From: Epiperipatus broadwayi
Lineage: Eukaryota; Animalia; Onychophora
Direction of reading: 5' to 3'
Length of the DNA stretch: 64,000 bases
NCBI GenBank assembly: GCA_028023455.1
Contig: JAQFVV010000002.1
Location: forward strand, 6,572,001-6,636,000
In this document: one piece after another, positions 24,921 to 39,600 of the stretch
Numbering within the stretch: position 1 is the first letter of the stretch
Layout: the number at the start of each line of letters is the position of its first letter
Notes under the pieces: generated by a model
Told to the model about the DNA's origin: nothing
The model's database searches: none
Seen by the model: only the letters and a program-made list of their open reading frames with translations
Made by a program: the position numbers and the translations under genes

Positions 24921-26879
24921 TCTAGTTCTAGAATTTGTGACTGGATAGAGCTACTAAATTTTTATAAGATAGCTAGTCTTTTTTAATCAGCCTAAGGATT
25001 CACAGCAATTAGCAATCAATTCAGTACAGGTTGATTAGTGTATAATTAATTGGAAAGGAAATAGAACAGAAACATGATTATAATATGATGCAACCTAACT
25101 AGTCATAAAAATGGTTAAATTTTATATCAGACATTAATAATAGTGAATCTTTTAGATGACAATTACTGCTCTCATGAGTTCATTAATACCAAAACTTCTA
25201 ACTATTAAGATGGATGGCATTTCTTATAAAATAATTTTATATGGCTAAATATTTTTTTAACTTGAGACTTCAGATGGTTTTGTGCTATAATATTTATATC
25301 TCAATATTGGCTTTTGGTCTTTGTCTTCATTAATGAGAACCTAGAATTCAAAATAGGACTAAAACAATTATATACTTAGCAGTCATCTAGTTTGAATAAT
25401 ATCAAAACATAAAGCAAGGCTGATAGATGTGTAAGCGCATTTAATCACAGATTTGAATCTAAGGTTCAATTTATAAGGTAAAAATAAGAAGCCAGACTTG
25501 ATATTTGGATATTGTGATACTATTCTATTTTATGTCCATTGATAACTCAGATTTATTAAAATAGGGTAAATTAAACTGCTATTAAAAGCTGAAATAGTAA
25601 TTAGATGTTACTATTGGAATCAATTTGTTACTAATGAGTCTCATTCTTATTGTAATTCTATTTCTTATATTTGTTTTCAGAGGAAACAAGCCAGAAAGCC
25701 TTAGTTGCTATCAAATTAATGATTGGATTACATGGCACACAGCAACATAGTTGTGTGGTGCATATATACAATTTGTAGATATTTTCTACATTTTCTGGAA
25801 TGAAAATAATAAATAAAGGATTAAATAACTTTGGGTTTAAAACAGAATTTTACTATAAATTAAATAGTTAAAAAGGTCTAAATAAATTAATATTGTATTC
25901 TGATTTTGAATTTAAAAACAAGCATGTTTTTGATAATTATAAAAAGTTCTATTATTTATTTTTGAAGTCTGTGGTTTCCAAAAGTAGCTTGTAATTAAAA
26001 GTGATTTTAAAAGATTAAAATTGATTTTAATCAAGATAAGGATTAGACAGAAAAAACTCTGTTTTCAATTATGGTGTTTTATCACCTCAGATGACTTATA
26101 AGAAGGATTGATAAAAATATCACTTCAGTGTGGTTTAAATTTTTGAGGAGCAGTTGGCTAGAAGTTTTGCTGTAGTATGCAGTGCTGCTGAAATTGGTTT
26201 TCCAGAGTTAGAGAATGATCATGAAATAATTGAAGGCAGGACAATAGATCCAGGAGCTGCTATTATTTTCTTTCAGTTTTGATTTACATGAAGCAGAATC
26301 ACTTCTGAACCATTAGCCTGAACAAATGACAAAAATAGCTTGCTGCCCTAAATCTTACCAAATCCTAGTCGAAGTAGAACCAACTTTAGAACCCTTACCT
26401 GAAATATACCAACCTTGATGATAATCCAGTCTAACAGCTTGCCCAAGAAAAACCATCAGTTGATGAAGAAGTAATTATACATATGCTATTTCAGCTATGA
26501 GAAGCACAGATAAATGTATATATAGCTGGTGAGTTAATTTAAAACCCTTAAAATGACTTTTAAATTTATAACTTAATAATTTAAAGTAAAACAAATGAAT
26601 AATTTGTTTTAATCATACATCTAGAAGAAAGGAGCAATCCACAGATGATTTTATATATATTATTGAAGAAATTATTTTTAGTAATTCCTTTTAAAAAAAT
26701 TACATGTAAAATATATAACTTAAAAAAACAAATCATTTTTGCTTTAATTTAAAAAAGCTTGCAAGAATATTATTTTAAAAACATTTATCTAGCTTTCAAA
26801 CAAGGTTTATTACAATTCACATTAGGTTATTATACAAGAAAAAAACAAAAGGATACAAGACAGAGAAACAAGAATACAA

Positions 26880-27600
26880 TATCTTTAGAAGACTTGTGCA
26901 TTATAAATTACCAAAGATCTTTGTGAGGTATATTAAGCATAGTTCACAATACAAATGACACTTGTGTAGGTTGTATATGACTAATAATTGTATGCCATTT
27001 GGCATGATGTGATCTTATGACTCCTTAGGACCAGGTGAATTGGTAACAAGATGAAAAGGAAAACCATGTATAAAAACAAGAAGGTTAATAGCAATAATAC
27101 TGGGAAAGGAACTGCTTGAACTTGCTTGTGTTTCAAAGTTTCTTACTATAGCATAGTATGCCCCCAAGTCTAACTGAACAGCCAGTGCTCATGTGTCCAT
27201 CTATCTTCTTCATTAATCCTACATAAGGTTCTCATGAATAGTTCTTCTATGAAACCACTAGCCCCCTTTCAAACAAGAGCTTGTACCTAACAAACCATAT
27301 GGCAAAGTTCATGAAGATGGCTAGTCTAATTTGTCCCAAACAGCTTTTCTGCATAGGAGTCCTAAGCAGCACATTGCCAGGGTCTGTACCATTAATTTGT
27401 TGTAGAAAAACCCTGTAGATATTTCCATGACTCGCATTCTTCAATAATATGTACCATAGATTTTTCTTGCTCCAGACATAATGGGATGGGCAGACTATAT
27501 CAATACTGAATTCCCTCCTGTAGACCAAGAAGGCCCCAGTAGGAAGGGCACCCAGATTGACTTTCAGTAGGAAGTCAATGAACTTGGGGCTGAGTTTTTA
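26880..27600 (-). mobile_element. L1/Tx1-type LINE ORF2 C-terminus (zf-RVT-like) and 3' region
   Basis: KLSPKFIDFLLKVNLGALPTGAFLVYRREFSIDIVCP and FAIWFVRYKLLFE resemble the P-K..F.W....LPT...L..R....C and IW..RN...F motifs. Confidence 0.6.
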
Positions 27601-27989
27601 AGAATTTTGTCAATTTTATCATATGCTGTATTCCAATAGGAAGCCAATAAGATGTCTTTATTTTTTTGGGAGCATACACTGGTATACTTCCCAAAACATT
27701 TATCTAATTAATCAATCAACATATACTTATCAAACAAAAATTGATTATATATTTTTAAAAGAAAAAAAATTGATAGTATTTTTTTTTAAGAAACTAATCG
27801 ATAAACAGTGGAATGTACTTTAAAATAGTGAATGCAATTTATATAATTAATAATTTTTAATAACTTTATTTTGATAAAAATGAAACAAATGAGGTAGATA
27901 TCAGTGTGTGCCTGCAATTTGATACACACCCATGTATGTTAAATATGTTGTTGAATATGTATAAAACTGAATTTCATTTATAAATTATG

Positions 27990-28545
27990 TCAATTCAAAT
28001 ATTTTTTATTAAATAATAAATTACATCGCACCAATGTGCAATGACGTATATAGGTATTTTATGTAAACCTATTGGAACATATATGTAAATCACAATGTAA
28101 TAAAATGAATTTTGATTTTATTGTAATCAACTCACATATGTAAATTTTAATCACTTTTTATTATTGGCATTTTCTTATTTAAAAGTAACAACCCAAAATG
28201 TTTATTTTATGGCAAGTCAAATACATTCAGAAATTACATGCACACACATGTATGTGTGTATATATTTGTCAATTTTATTGCAAATGCAAATGTGTGTTAA
28301 ATAGATGCTTATATGTAAATTTTAATCATTTTTTGATAATTCAAATGTATTCATTACAAAATAATGTATCACACATCTGTGCAAATTATATATATATGTG
28401 AACCTAATTGTAACTTAAATTTTGTATAGTAATCATGTAAAACACAATGTGATAATTTGTTGTATGTTAATCAAAATCAGAAGACTTAATTGATATGTGT
28501 ATAGCTTTATTCTAAAGACCTTGACTTATTTTTTATTGTTGTTAA
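27990..28545. repeat. Inverted copy of the repeat at 1-560
   Basis: See the 1-560 feature. Confidence 0.7.
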
Positions 28546-30399
28546 TAAACATGTATTTAATTATTAAAATTATTCCAGTGACTTAATTGTAAAGTATTTA
28601 GAATATTGTATATTTGCATCATTTCTTGGTCACCATAACAGTACTTGACCTTATGTTCTTCTGAGCTAGATTCCTGCATAATAGTCTGATATATAAATGG
28701 AGATGTATATTAGTGCTTATGGGCATCCAGATGATGATGATTATGATGATGATTGACATATCTTGGAATGGCACTAAGATTATATTCTTTAAAGTCCATG
28801 CACTACATTGTATTTTAGTTTGGTCTATTAGAAATTAAGTTTATAGTTGGCCAATACATTAATGGTATTAAGTGGCCAAAGTATTTATGATGATCAGCAT
28901 GTTTTAAAATCCCAGCATTATGTTATACTGGTTATGTATTCTGATGGATTAGCACTTAAGTGGTGCAACCAAAGTTATGTTTAAATAATTTCCCAAGCTG
29001 GCAAAGGCTCAATAGTTAGCCTGGTCTACAGAAGACCCATTTCCAATCCAGTCACCAGAGTGACTGCTGATTTTATTCTGATGTAGGTTGATTGATGGAT
29101 TTATTCATAATGATGGATGATTATTTTCTTTTAGTATTAGTTCTAGTTAATTTTACTATTGTTTAAGTTATAATTATACTTTTAGCTGCTCTGAGGAGTA
29201 TCTGGGTTGATCTTTAAGTGTTCTCAGAATCTTTCATGCTCATCCCATTGATATTAAATTTTATACATTTTTTTTACTTGAGGATAAACAAACAATTCCT
29301 CAGGTCCTTGATGGTTTATCTCCAATTTTCTATAGAGTTAGAAATGGCTATCCAACTAGAGAATCAATGATGGTCATGTACTGGTGATCATCCTGTCAGG
29401 TATGTTTCCCTTCTTTCCCATACCATTATAGTATGTAATTAAATATACAAAATAATTATGAAACTAAATTAAACCAAATTTATAAATCGTTGTTAGAAAC
29501 TGATGAATCAAATAAATTAGCTGTCATCTGCTTTTTTTCAACTATAAATACTAATACACACATTCAGACATGAATATACAGCTTATCAGAAATTAACTTG
29601 CATAATATTTAAATCCTTGAGCTGCTCTTATGGAATAAGTAACTACCAGCAAATTGCAATATTCTATTTATTCTAGAATGGTATTATTTTAATAATTTGC
29701 TTTAAAAACAATATATGTGCTTACATATTATCTCAATTATTCAGCTACCTGTCAAAAGTCAATTGAGTATGAATAGCAGAAAAATAACTTAATCATCACT
29801 ATATCTATAAACTTCAGTGCCTATTAATATTTTGAATTTTTATTAGGTCATAATTAAATATAAATATAATAATTTATTAAAAAATATTAGTCATAAATAT
29901 TGAAAAAAAAAAAGCAAAATGAAAACTGCCTCATGAAAATTTTGAATGATTATTAAAAAATATCTCATGCAAAAATATATAATCTTAGCAATTTACACTA
30001 AAATTCTTCAAGTTGTCTATAAAAATATAATTGAGTAAATATAACATTTTGAATAAATAGTACAAACTATCAAAGGATTTCAGCTATTTTTATTTCATTA
30101 ATTTCATATAGGTTCAATCTGAGAATAAAAAAATTGCAAATGTTACTTTTTTATCTTTGATGCCCTATGGGTAAAAATTACTAATCACTGTAAAAATATT
30201 CAAAATATTATGTAAGAACCTCAAGGTTAACATCTTAAGCAATTATGTTTTTTTTTTTTTTCAAAGATGAGTCTGCAGTTAACAAATACTATTGTAATGA
30301 CTTGTTATAAATATGCACATGATCCAAATGTAGTGTGGTCTTTTTATGAAAAAAAACCTAGGTAATAATATAAAAGTCTTTCTTGACATCTCTTTATGA

Positions 30400-31090
30400 G
30401 TTCTAGTTTATTAAAAAACTCTTTCTGTGATAATATCCATTTTTTCAATTGTTACTTTCTTACAATATCCTCTGCTTATTTTCAACCAATCTTTATATGA
30501 TATCAACAATAGACCTGTATCACTACCCACTTCTATTGTCATTTTTTGACAACAGATGGCCCCATCAAACAGTATATGGTCATTATTTGTGTCATTCATT
30601 AAACTTCATGCTATAATTGCTTCTCACTGTCCCTCCCCTAAATTTGTAGACTGGCCTTTATATATTTTTAATACTGTATTCTTTACTTTGACAGACACTT
30701 ACTTGTTTTCCTCTTTTCTTACTAATAGTGCATGTTTTATTTTTATGTTTGCAATAATTTCTTAAATGGTCTGTTTTATTTCAACAATCACACATTTGAG
30801 TGTATTTTATTATACTAGGATCCAATATATTTATTTTCTTTTCTGAAAGAGATTTTATCAAGCTGTTGTTTATAATGAAAACTGCAAACTATTGTCAAGC
30901 ATGGGTTTTTGCAAGACACATTTCTCTGTAGCATATTTATAATTGATATGGGGTTCATTCAACATTATTTTTCTGAAATTTGAATCCAACATTCTGTACA
31001 GAAGTTGATCTAACAACATAACATTAATTTCTGACTAAAATCACGATCCTTTGCCAACTTTATTAATGTTATGTCATAATCATGACCTGA
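30400..31090 (-). mobile_element. Gypsy gag-protease relic
   Basis: IEVGSDTGLLLISYKDWLKI parallels IKIDCGLALLLLSYKDSMKI at 37.6 kb; upstream LLDQLLYRMLDSNFRK resembles gag. Confidence 0.55.
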
Positions 31091-32571
31091 TGTGAGCCAA
31101 TTGGATTGCTTGCATCCAATCAGACCCCACGATTAAAAGGACCTCTTTACCTGTCAAAGTTTATTTTAAAATTATATTTTAAAAATGTAACATTATTTCA
31201 AAAATTAACAATAATCAGAAGCATCTATATCTATTCAAATATCTTTTTTTTTACATTATTATCAGTTATCTATATTACAGTACAAATTTGCAAAGCTGCT
31301 TTAGTCAATTCTCTTGCTGTGCAGTAGACATTTGTGCTGTCATAGAAAGTAAAGATACACCAACTGATAATATTAAAAAAATTACATTGACCAAATAAAT
31401 TGTTACCATTTATTTCTCTAAATTATGAATTAAATTGTTTACATATATGTAAATTACTTCTACAGTAAAGCACCTAATTTTAATATAGTTTAATAATTTA
31501 TACAATGAACTATTCAATAAACATATCTATATTAAACTCTTTATATATATATAAAGTATTTTTTAATAAAAAAAACTTGATTATTGATGAAAATTGCAAT
31601 TTTGTAATGAATAGTCATATCACAACTATGTGTAGATAGATAATTGATGTCATTTATTGTTTAGATGTATCAGCAGGAGTTTTGGGTGGTTCTTAGAATT
31701 CAAAATGGCTATGAGCACATACTAAATCAATACAAAAAACATAGTTGCTCAAATGATTGCTTTAAAATCTTAAATATTTTTCTAAAAATATAAAGCTTTA
31801 AACTACATATATACATGGTTCACAGCAATTTTTCAATATTATTAATTAATAGAGAATTATTATTAATATTTTAGTTTATTTTAATGCAAATTTAGAAATT
31901 TTAAACCAATATAAAAATATTTATTTTCAATTATTATCTGTTTTTGTTAAGAAATTTTAACATTCAACTATTTTTTCATAGGTTGACCAATTCAAAATGA
32001 GAAAAAGATATGGGCAGAAACTAGAAAATATTTTTGAGTATTGTTTTATATTGCCCCAATATAGATGATATCTACATTGTTTAAATTATACTATTGAAGT
32101 ACTAATTTTTTATATTAAAAATGTGTATATATTTATAAAATTTAGAGCCATATTTTAAAGGGCCCACAATAAATATTCAATTGGGCCTCACACTAACAGA
32201 ATTCAGTCTGGATCATAATCTATAATTTTTTCATGATGTAATTATTTTCTGTTTCTTAGCCTCAATTGTACTACCCATTTTTTTATCTTCAGAATAAAAT
32301 TTAAATTTTTAATCAATTCTTAATACAGAAGTATTTTAGGGTCACATAATTTATTTGCTGATTGTACATCTTGTCTTGCAAATCATAAGACTGTAGGCAC
32401 TTTTAATTGTTTGCCATATTTTTTTTTTCATGAGCATATAACGTTCCACATGTTCTATGTAATTTTTTCATAAAATTGCAATCTTCATGTCAAATACTTA
32501 TATATTATTACATAATGATACCATTATTCTTGTTTTAGACAGTGGTTTAATATACAGTTACTATTATTCTT

Positions 32572-32863
32572 AAACCACTAAACATCACATGATTACCATT
32601 TCTTATGCTAGCATATAACTGTTATTAAAACAGGTAAAACTCTCCATACAGTAGTGCCACTCAGTGCCAACCAGAGGTCTAGGTGCAGTGCTCTCAGATC
32701 CAAAGCTTTTCACTGACAAAGCCCAACAAGCCAGAAACTAGTCTGGGGATATTTGATGAGTAGGCACTAGATGGGAATTTTATGCACAAGCCTTCTGGCA
32801 TCCATTGATTACTATGGTTGGCACTGAATAGCACTACTGTATGGAGAGTTTTGCCACTTTTAA
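32572..32863. mobile_element. HH-A copy B (head-to-head, degenerate HHR CTGACAA)
   Basis: 13-bp TSD with one mismatch at 32559-32571 and 32864-32876; arms switch at ~32676. Confidence 0.85.
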
Positions 32864-33700
32864 TACTCTTATTCTTCTGAAAGACTACTATTAGTTTTCA
32901 TTGCATACATATAATTGAGCAGTGACTACAATATTCTACTATTGTTTTAACAGATTCTTCTTGAACTGTTGATTGCACTCTACTTCTATGTCATAAGAAT
33001 ACTAATTAGATATCAGTCAGGACAGCATCAATAACTTAAATAAATTAATGCAAATTTAATAATAAAACAATTTGTTTAATGAATATGAAAAAATAAGAAA
33101 TAAATAATTTGTAATTCCATAAGAAATAAATGCACTCTTATTACTTTTTTAGGTGTATGTTTTATTTCTCACACATACAGGATAATATTATATGCCACAT
33201 TACGTATTTTAATTAAACACATGCTTGTTACTGTTATATATGTATATATGCTTTGCAGACCAATTATGCTTCTGACAATTCAATATTTTACTTTAGCTGA
33301 CAATCTGTTATTAAAATTAAACAGATGATACTTTCTCCCAGTTTTCTTTGTGCTTACTTAGCACACACACTTTTCATGCACTAATTAGTCATTCCTCTGC
33401 CTGATCCTAGTATAAACAGGTTTTATTTGTTTATATAAATCTGATCTTTTGCAAATAAATGGCTAATTTACATGATAGTCTATTTGTTATACTTTAGTTT
33501 ATTAATATTAATGTATGTAGATTTTTTTAATACAGCAATTAAGAATTAATTCAGGAACAATCTATACATATTTATCCAATTAAGAAATCCATTTTATTTA
33601 CAATCTATATCTATATAATATATGCATAATCACTCCACTTCTATAAAATAAACAATGTTATTACTGTTAGGAATTTAAGTTAAAGAACTGCTTTGTTACT

Positions 33701-33897
33701 TCACTAAACATCACGAGATGCAGTGCTCTCAGATCCAAGGCTCCTCACTGATGAAGGCCACAAGCCAGAAACTAGTTTGGGGATGTTGGATGAGTAGGCA
33801 TTAGATGGGGATTTTATGCACAAGCCTTCTGGCATCCATTGATTACTCTGGTTGGCACAGGGTGGCACTATTGTATGGAGAGTTTTGCCTGTTTAAT
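33701..33897 (+). mobile_element. HH-A copy C
   Basis: Perfect 12-bp TSD tgctttgttact at 33689-33700 and 33898-33909; 13-nt inverted 3' end at left. Confidence 0.85.
33742..33783 (+). ncRNA. Type I minimal hammerhead ribozyme (HH-A), GUU site
   Basis: tcctca CTGATGA a ggc cacaa gcc a GAAA ctag TT tgggga. Confidence 0.6.
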
Positions 33898-36679
33898 TGC
33901 TTTGTTACTCTAAAAATTCATTCAACATTGAGATAAGTACTTGTGAAGATACAGAAATACATTAATTTGACTCTTGCTTAACGATTCTCTGTCCATCACA
34001 TTTAATTGCAGTAGTAAAACTTTACTAATGGCTTTTCAATAACATGGGTTTAGCTTTTAATAAAGTGGTTCTGAGATATGTTCAACTTGTGATATAAAAG
34101 TAATAAAATAATCAATAAAGTATTTCTCATATATAACTTGCATATTTTTTTTATTAAGGAATTGCGTAACTCTTTTATAATCATAAACATTCCTAAAATA
34201 CTGCTTGCCAAGTAAATGAAAAAATCTAAATAGCTAAACAATGATATATTATCAGAGCATAATACATATCAGAATCCTACTAATTTCAGTTAAATATGAA
34301 ACTTTTATATTATTAAGATGCAGATTAAAATATAATTTTAAAAAAGTGAAATCAAGTAAGTGTCTTTATGGATTGAGCAGTAAAAAGTCTTGTATAAACT
34401 TTTTTTATGAATTATTACATAACAAATATTTTTTTTGTAATTCTGATATTTGTTAATAAAGTTACTTTTATTAACCAATTCGTCTTAGCAAAGATTTTGT
34501 TTCTAATCTGGTTTTCAATTCCACTGAAAATAAATAATATAATTTTTTTTTAAAAAAATTAAATTTATTTAGTTGATTTAGTTTAGAAAGAAGAGACAGT
34601 TGAATTGGTAAAAGATTCATTTTAATTTACAGTAGTAGTTTTAAAAAGGTAATTCATTTTGAGTAATAATAAAATCCAACCATTTATAACAATGAACAGT
34701 AATAATCCAAAATATCAAATTGCTGCATAATTTACAATGAAATTATTTAATTAATATTTCACTTGATTGCTTCAAATATTTAAATGAGAAAAGTATTTTA
34801 TTGTATTTCTATTAAGTGACGAGCGTACAATTATAATTTCTTACAAATAATGTTTTTTGTTTTAAAAAAAAAAACCCATGGAAACAAAACAAAACAATAC
34901 AAAAAAAAAAAAACCAAACAACTTCCCTGGGATATAGTGCCACCTTTTGGCTAAAATCACACTAAAAAAAAGATATTAGATTGTGTATTCTCTTCTATTT
35001 TGGATTGAGATTTTAATTTCAGCAAGAAAAATAAATAATGTTATAGCCATTAATCACATAAAATTAATATATACACGAAGTTTTAGTCTAATCACTAATA
35101 TCCATTGTATAGCAGATGCAAATTATTTTTTGACAAAAAATATGAAATGACCGATAGTTATTAGATCAAAAATAATATAAATTTTATTAAAATTAATTCA
35201 AGCATTTTTATAGAATTACAATGCAAGAAAACATGACAAACACTTGTCTATATATATTTTTTTTAGTAAATAAATAAAATAAAAAAATAATTTATCAAAT
35301 GCACACAGAAAGAATAGGAAAACAAAATGGTATAAATAAATTCTAAATTCAGTGTAGTGAATGGTGTTTATGCTAGTATTCTGAAATAAGCCTTAAATTT
35401 TCACATAGCATGTAAATATAAATGTATATTTTAAAGAAAAATATACTTCACTGATTTCCTAAAAAATTAAACCATGTTTTTAAAAAATGAAAATACTAAA
35501 ATTAATGAATATTTTATAGTTAAATTTTATATCTAAAATACTGATTAAAAAAACGTAAGTGTTGATAAATAATCCACAGCAGGAGCTCTCCAATTGCTTC
35601 TTCACACAGACCCCCCCCCCCTCCCAGAAGAGACCATTGCTCAATAAGCTTGTTAACAAGCAACTGTCTGACTGTTTTAATAATTTTCATTTTTTTCTAA
35701 TGGCCACTAGGCAAATAACTTTTGTCCCATTTAAAACTTTAAAAGCAAAATTTAATTATAAATTTCCAGTTAAATGTTATCAAATTATTATTGCTTCATA
35801 AATATTTTTGGTATAATCATTACTTAAAAACATTAACCTCTTTTTATCTCATTAAAATAAATTATATCTCAGCAAATTAGATTATTATAATAATCATAAA
35901 TACAATACAAAATCATGCAGCAAGCATATATGCATATGGGATAATCAGATTCCATTTATAAACATTAATATGAAAAAGTATACAATTAAACTTAAATATT
36001 AGCATAGATATATAGTTATTAGACTGTCTGTGCATGGAAAAATATACATGAATGTAAATAAAGTTTATTATTTAATTATATAAATATGGCCGACAGTATA
36101 TGAATAATATATCTCTTTGTTATTATGTCCTCTAGAAAATTATAAATGACAATTATATATTTAAAGGCATATTATAGAGACAACTATGCTAATCAGAAAT
36201 AATTATGCAAAAATGGACTCTTATAAAAAAAAAACCCTGCTAAGACATATTTGTGCTTGTATAAGGAAGTGTAATAGTTATATGTATTTTTTTGCTTACT
36301 ATATTAACAGCAGATTGTCTGTAGAATAATTATCATAGATTAGGTTCATCATTCATAATGTATATGTATTATTGCAGTCATATCAGAATTAGTGCATAAA
36401 AAACTTTTTTTCATTTAATACACAAGTTAATGAATTATACACACACACACACACAAACAGAAGCTTATTTATAATCTTTAGAGATTTTTAATAAAATTTC
36501 TAATTATTATTTACTTTTTATTTATTTTTTATTTGCTACCTTAAATTGTACTTGAATGCATTTAAAGTTACCAATAATTGACTGACTGTTATTAAAATAA
36601 TAATATTCTTGATATTGATAATTGAAAAAAAAAAATCCTTTGCATAAAATATCTGTGGAATATATACAAGTTGGCATGC

Positions 36680-39600
36680 AAGTAGTTGTTTTGATTAAGA
36701 AGAAACATGATGTTAATGCCATGTCTTGGAAAAGTTATGTGGACCATATTGACAAATATATGCTCATAAATAAAACTGAGGATGATAAATAAAAGTATCT
36801 GTGCTTATGTGAATTGCAGATAAAAATGTATTGGAATTGGCAAATCAACTCTTTGATCCTAGGATCCTTGAAGAAATTCCATATCAGGAGTTGGAAGAAA
36901 AATTAAACATTTGTTTCTTATCTGTGATAGCTAAATGGGTGGTATGATTGAGATTGAAAAATAGAAAGTAACCAACTCATAAAAAATATCAAGATTATGC
37001 TATATCTACAATTTATCCAAACCACTTCAAACACTTTTTAGCAAAACTCTTTATTTGTACATATACATACACTGCAGTCTTCTTCAGAGCCAGTTTATTT
37101 TAGAACATTGACAAAGAATTATGATTATACTCTAGTGTCAAATGATATGTTATTAGACCAACTATTATATTAAAGGATCAATGATAATTTTAGAAAAGTA
37201 TTATTAAGTCAACCAGAACCTTAATGATGGATACACAAGAAAAAAATCTGTCACACAAGAAATTACATTAGACAATGCTTTTAAATTTATATTCTCTAAA
37301 CAAATGGATAAATACCCAATTGTAGTAAAGAAAACAGTTACAGATAGACCAGACTACAAAAGTGCAAAAAGTGTTTTAACATATTATCACTGCAGAAAAA
37401 ATGACCACTTTAAGAAAAACTGCAGATTTAGAAGTGAACAATGTAATGTTTGTAAAGTAATGAGAAATTTAGTATGAGTCTTCCATAATAAAGACAGGAA
37501 TGTTAAAACAAAAACAAGTTTGAACTATAAATCTGGGGAGAAATTGTAAGAAGTAACTATACTATAAAAAAATTAAATGATGCAAATAATGGCTACATTC
37601 TGATGGATGTGAATATATTTGAGCAGAAAGTTATCATAAAAATTGATTGTGGACTGGCTCTGTTATTATTGTCATATAAAGATTCTATGAAAATTAATAG
37701 TAGAAATAAGAAAGCATCACTTGTGAAAACTGATATTATTGCTACAGATGTAAATGAAAATAAGATAGATATATGTGGAAAAGTGATAGTATTTGTGAAA
37801 GTAAATTCTAAAGTTAAATTTTTACCACTATATATAATTAATAGAGATTTTAGCCCATTACTAGGAAGAAAGTGGTTTTGTCCTTTTGGAGTCTGCATAA
37901 ACATTATCAAAATGGTAGAATTAGAAGCAGTAGTTAAAAAGAAGTACTCTCAGTTGTCCAAGTCAGAACTTCATGATTGATCAACATTGAACTAATAAAG
38001 GGTGCCTATCCAATTGTATAAAAACTATGTAAAGTTACATCTGCATTAAAGAACAATGTGGAAAAGACAGTCAATAGGATAGCACAAAAGGCATATTAAC
38101 ACCGATAGAAGACTCTTCATGGGATATTCCGTAGTAGTTATTATGAAACTGAATGGAAATCTACACTTATATGGAGAGTATCATGTTATACTAAATACCT
38201 TTATCAATTAAGGAGCCTATCTAATTCCTAGTGTACATGAATCACTAGCATTATTGCAAGAAGTCTCACTTGTTTTAAAAATACATTTAGAGCCCACTTT
38301 CCACTAAATCCTGTCACAGATAGGATGGTGAAATTACTGATTCTTACTATCCATTTCTGATTTTACAAGTGAAATAAGTTATCATATGACATTACAGTTG
38401 TGCCTAATATCTATCAAACTAAAGTGGATAATTATTTCATGGCATGGAAGGCATCATCCATATTTAGATGACAAATTGATTATCACTGAAACTGAGCATG
38501 ACCTGGTATAATGCATAGATAAAGTCTGTTTCAAATTGAAGAAAATAAATGTAAAATTAAATACTGCTCAATGTATATAGTGTACATCAGAGATAAAGTT
38601 TCTAGATCACTCAGTTAATAAAAATGGAAAATATCCTATCATGAATTAAGAAAAACAGTAAATAGTGCTGAATGGCCTAAGAGTTATAAACAATTTTCAG
38701 GAAATTTTTAAGCATATTGAACTTCTTTTAGAGCTTTCTAAAACAAAGTCTCATGTGTTACTGCTTTTATATAAATTATTAAAAATGTGACAATGGAAAT
38801 AGTTTGAAGAACAAGATATTATCTTCCACAAAGCTGAAGACCTATTTATGTCAAAAACAACTTCTCATACATAATCACAGCAACCTGCTTGTAATAATAG
38901 CAATGGACACATTAGAACATGGAATAGGCACAGTGATTTATCACCATTACTACAAAAGAGAACATGTTATCACTTATGATTCAAGAACATTGTCATCAGT
39001 TGAGAAAAATTACAATCAGATTGACAATGGAGCTTTAGCTATAATTTTTTGCAATAAAAAAGTTCCATCAATATATATATAGACAGAAATGCCTGGAAAG
39101 CATATTGAACACACAGATGAATTGTAGTGTCTTCCTGATGCTAATACAGGTCAATAAACATTGATAGAAATTAGTTATAGTAATTCCATGACCTCTAAAT
39201 TGATAAGAAGTTTATAATAAAAAAAATAGATAAGACTTTGGATATGTGATGTTAATGAAGTGGATAAAGCAAGGTTGGTTGGAAGGACATCCTAACAAAA
39301 GTTAAAACCTATATGAAATGCATAAGAGAGTTTGTAGTGATTGTGTATTGATGACTAACTGCATTCTCATTCCTGCTGAAAACTGAAAGGAAATATTCAT
39401 CTTATTTCATCAAGATCACCCAAGAGTTATCAACATAAAAAATTGGTTAGATTACATATTTTGTGGCCAAAGTTAAATCAAGATGTTAAACAAATGGTGA
39501 AAAAATGTATACATTGTCTATAAATCCCTAATTGGCCATCAAAAAGTTAGAATCTTGGTCTAAATCCACTCAACTATGGAAACATCTTTATCTAGACCAC

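Noticed and set aside
29280-29400. Plus-strand exon DKQTIPQVLDGLSPIFYRVRNGYPTRES ending at cag|gtatgt
   Set aside because: The frame hits TGA before the donor, and alternative acceptors give only short unlinked peptides
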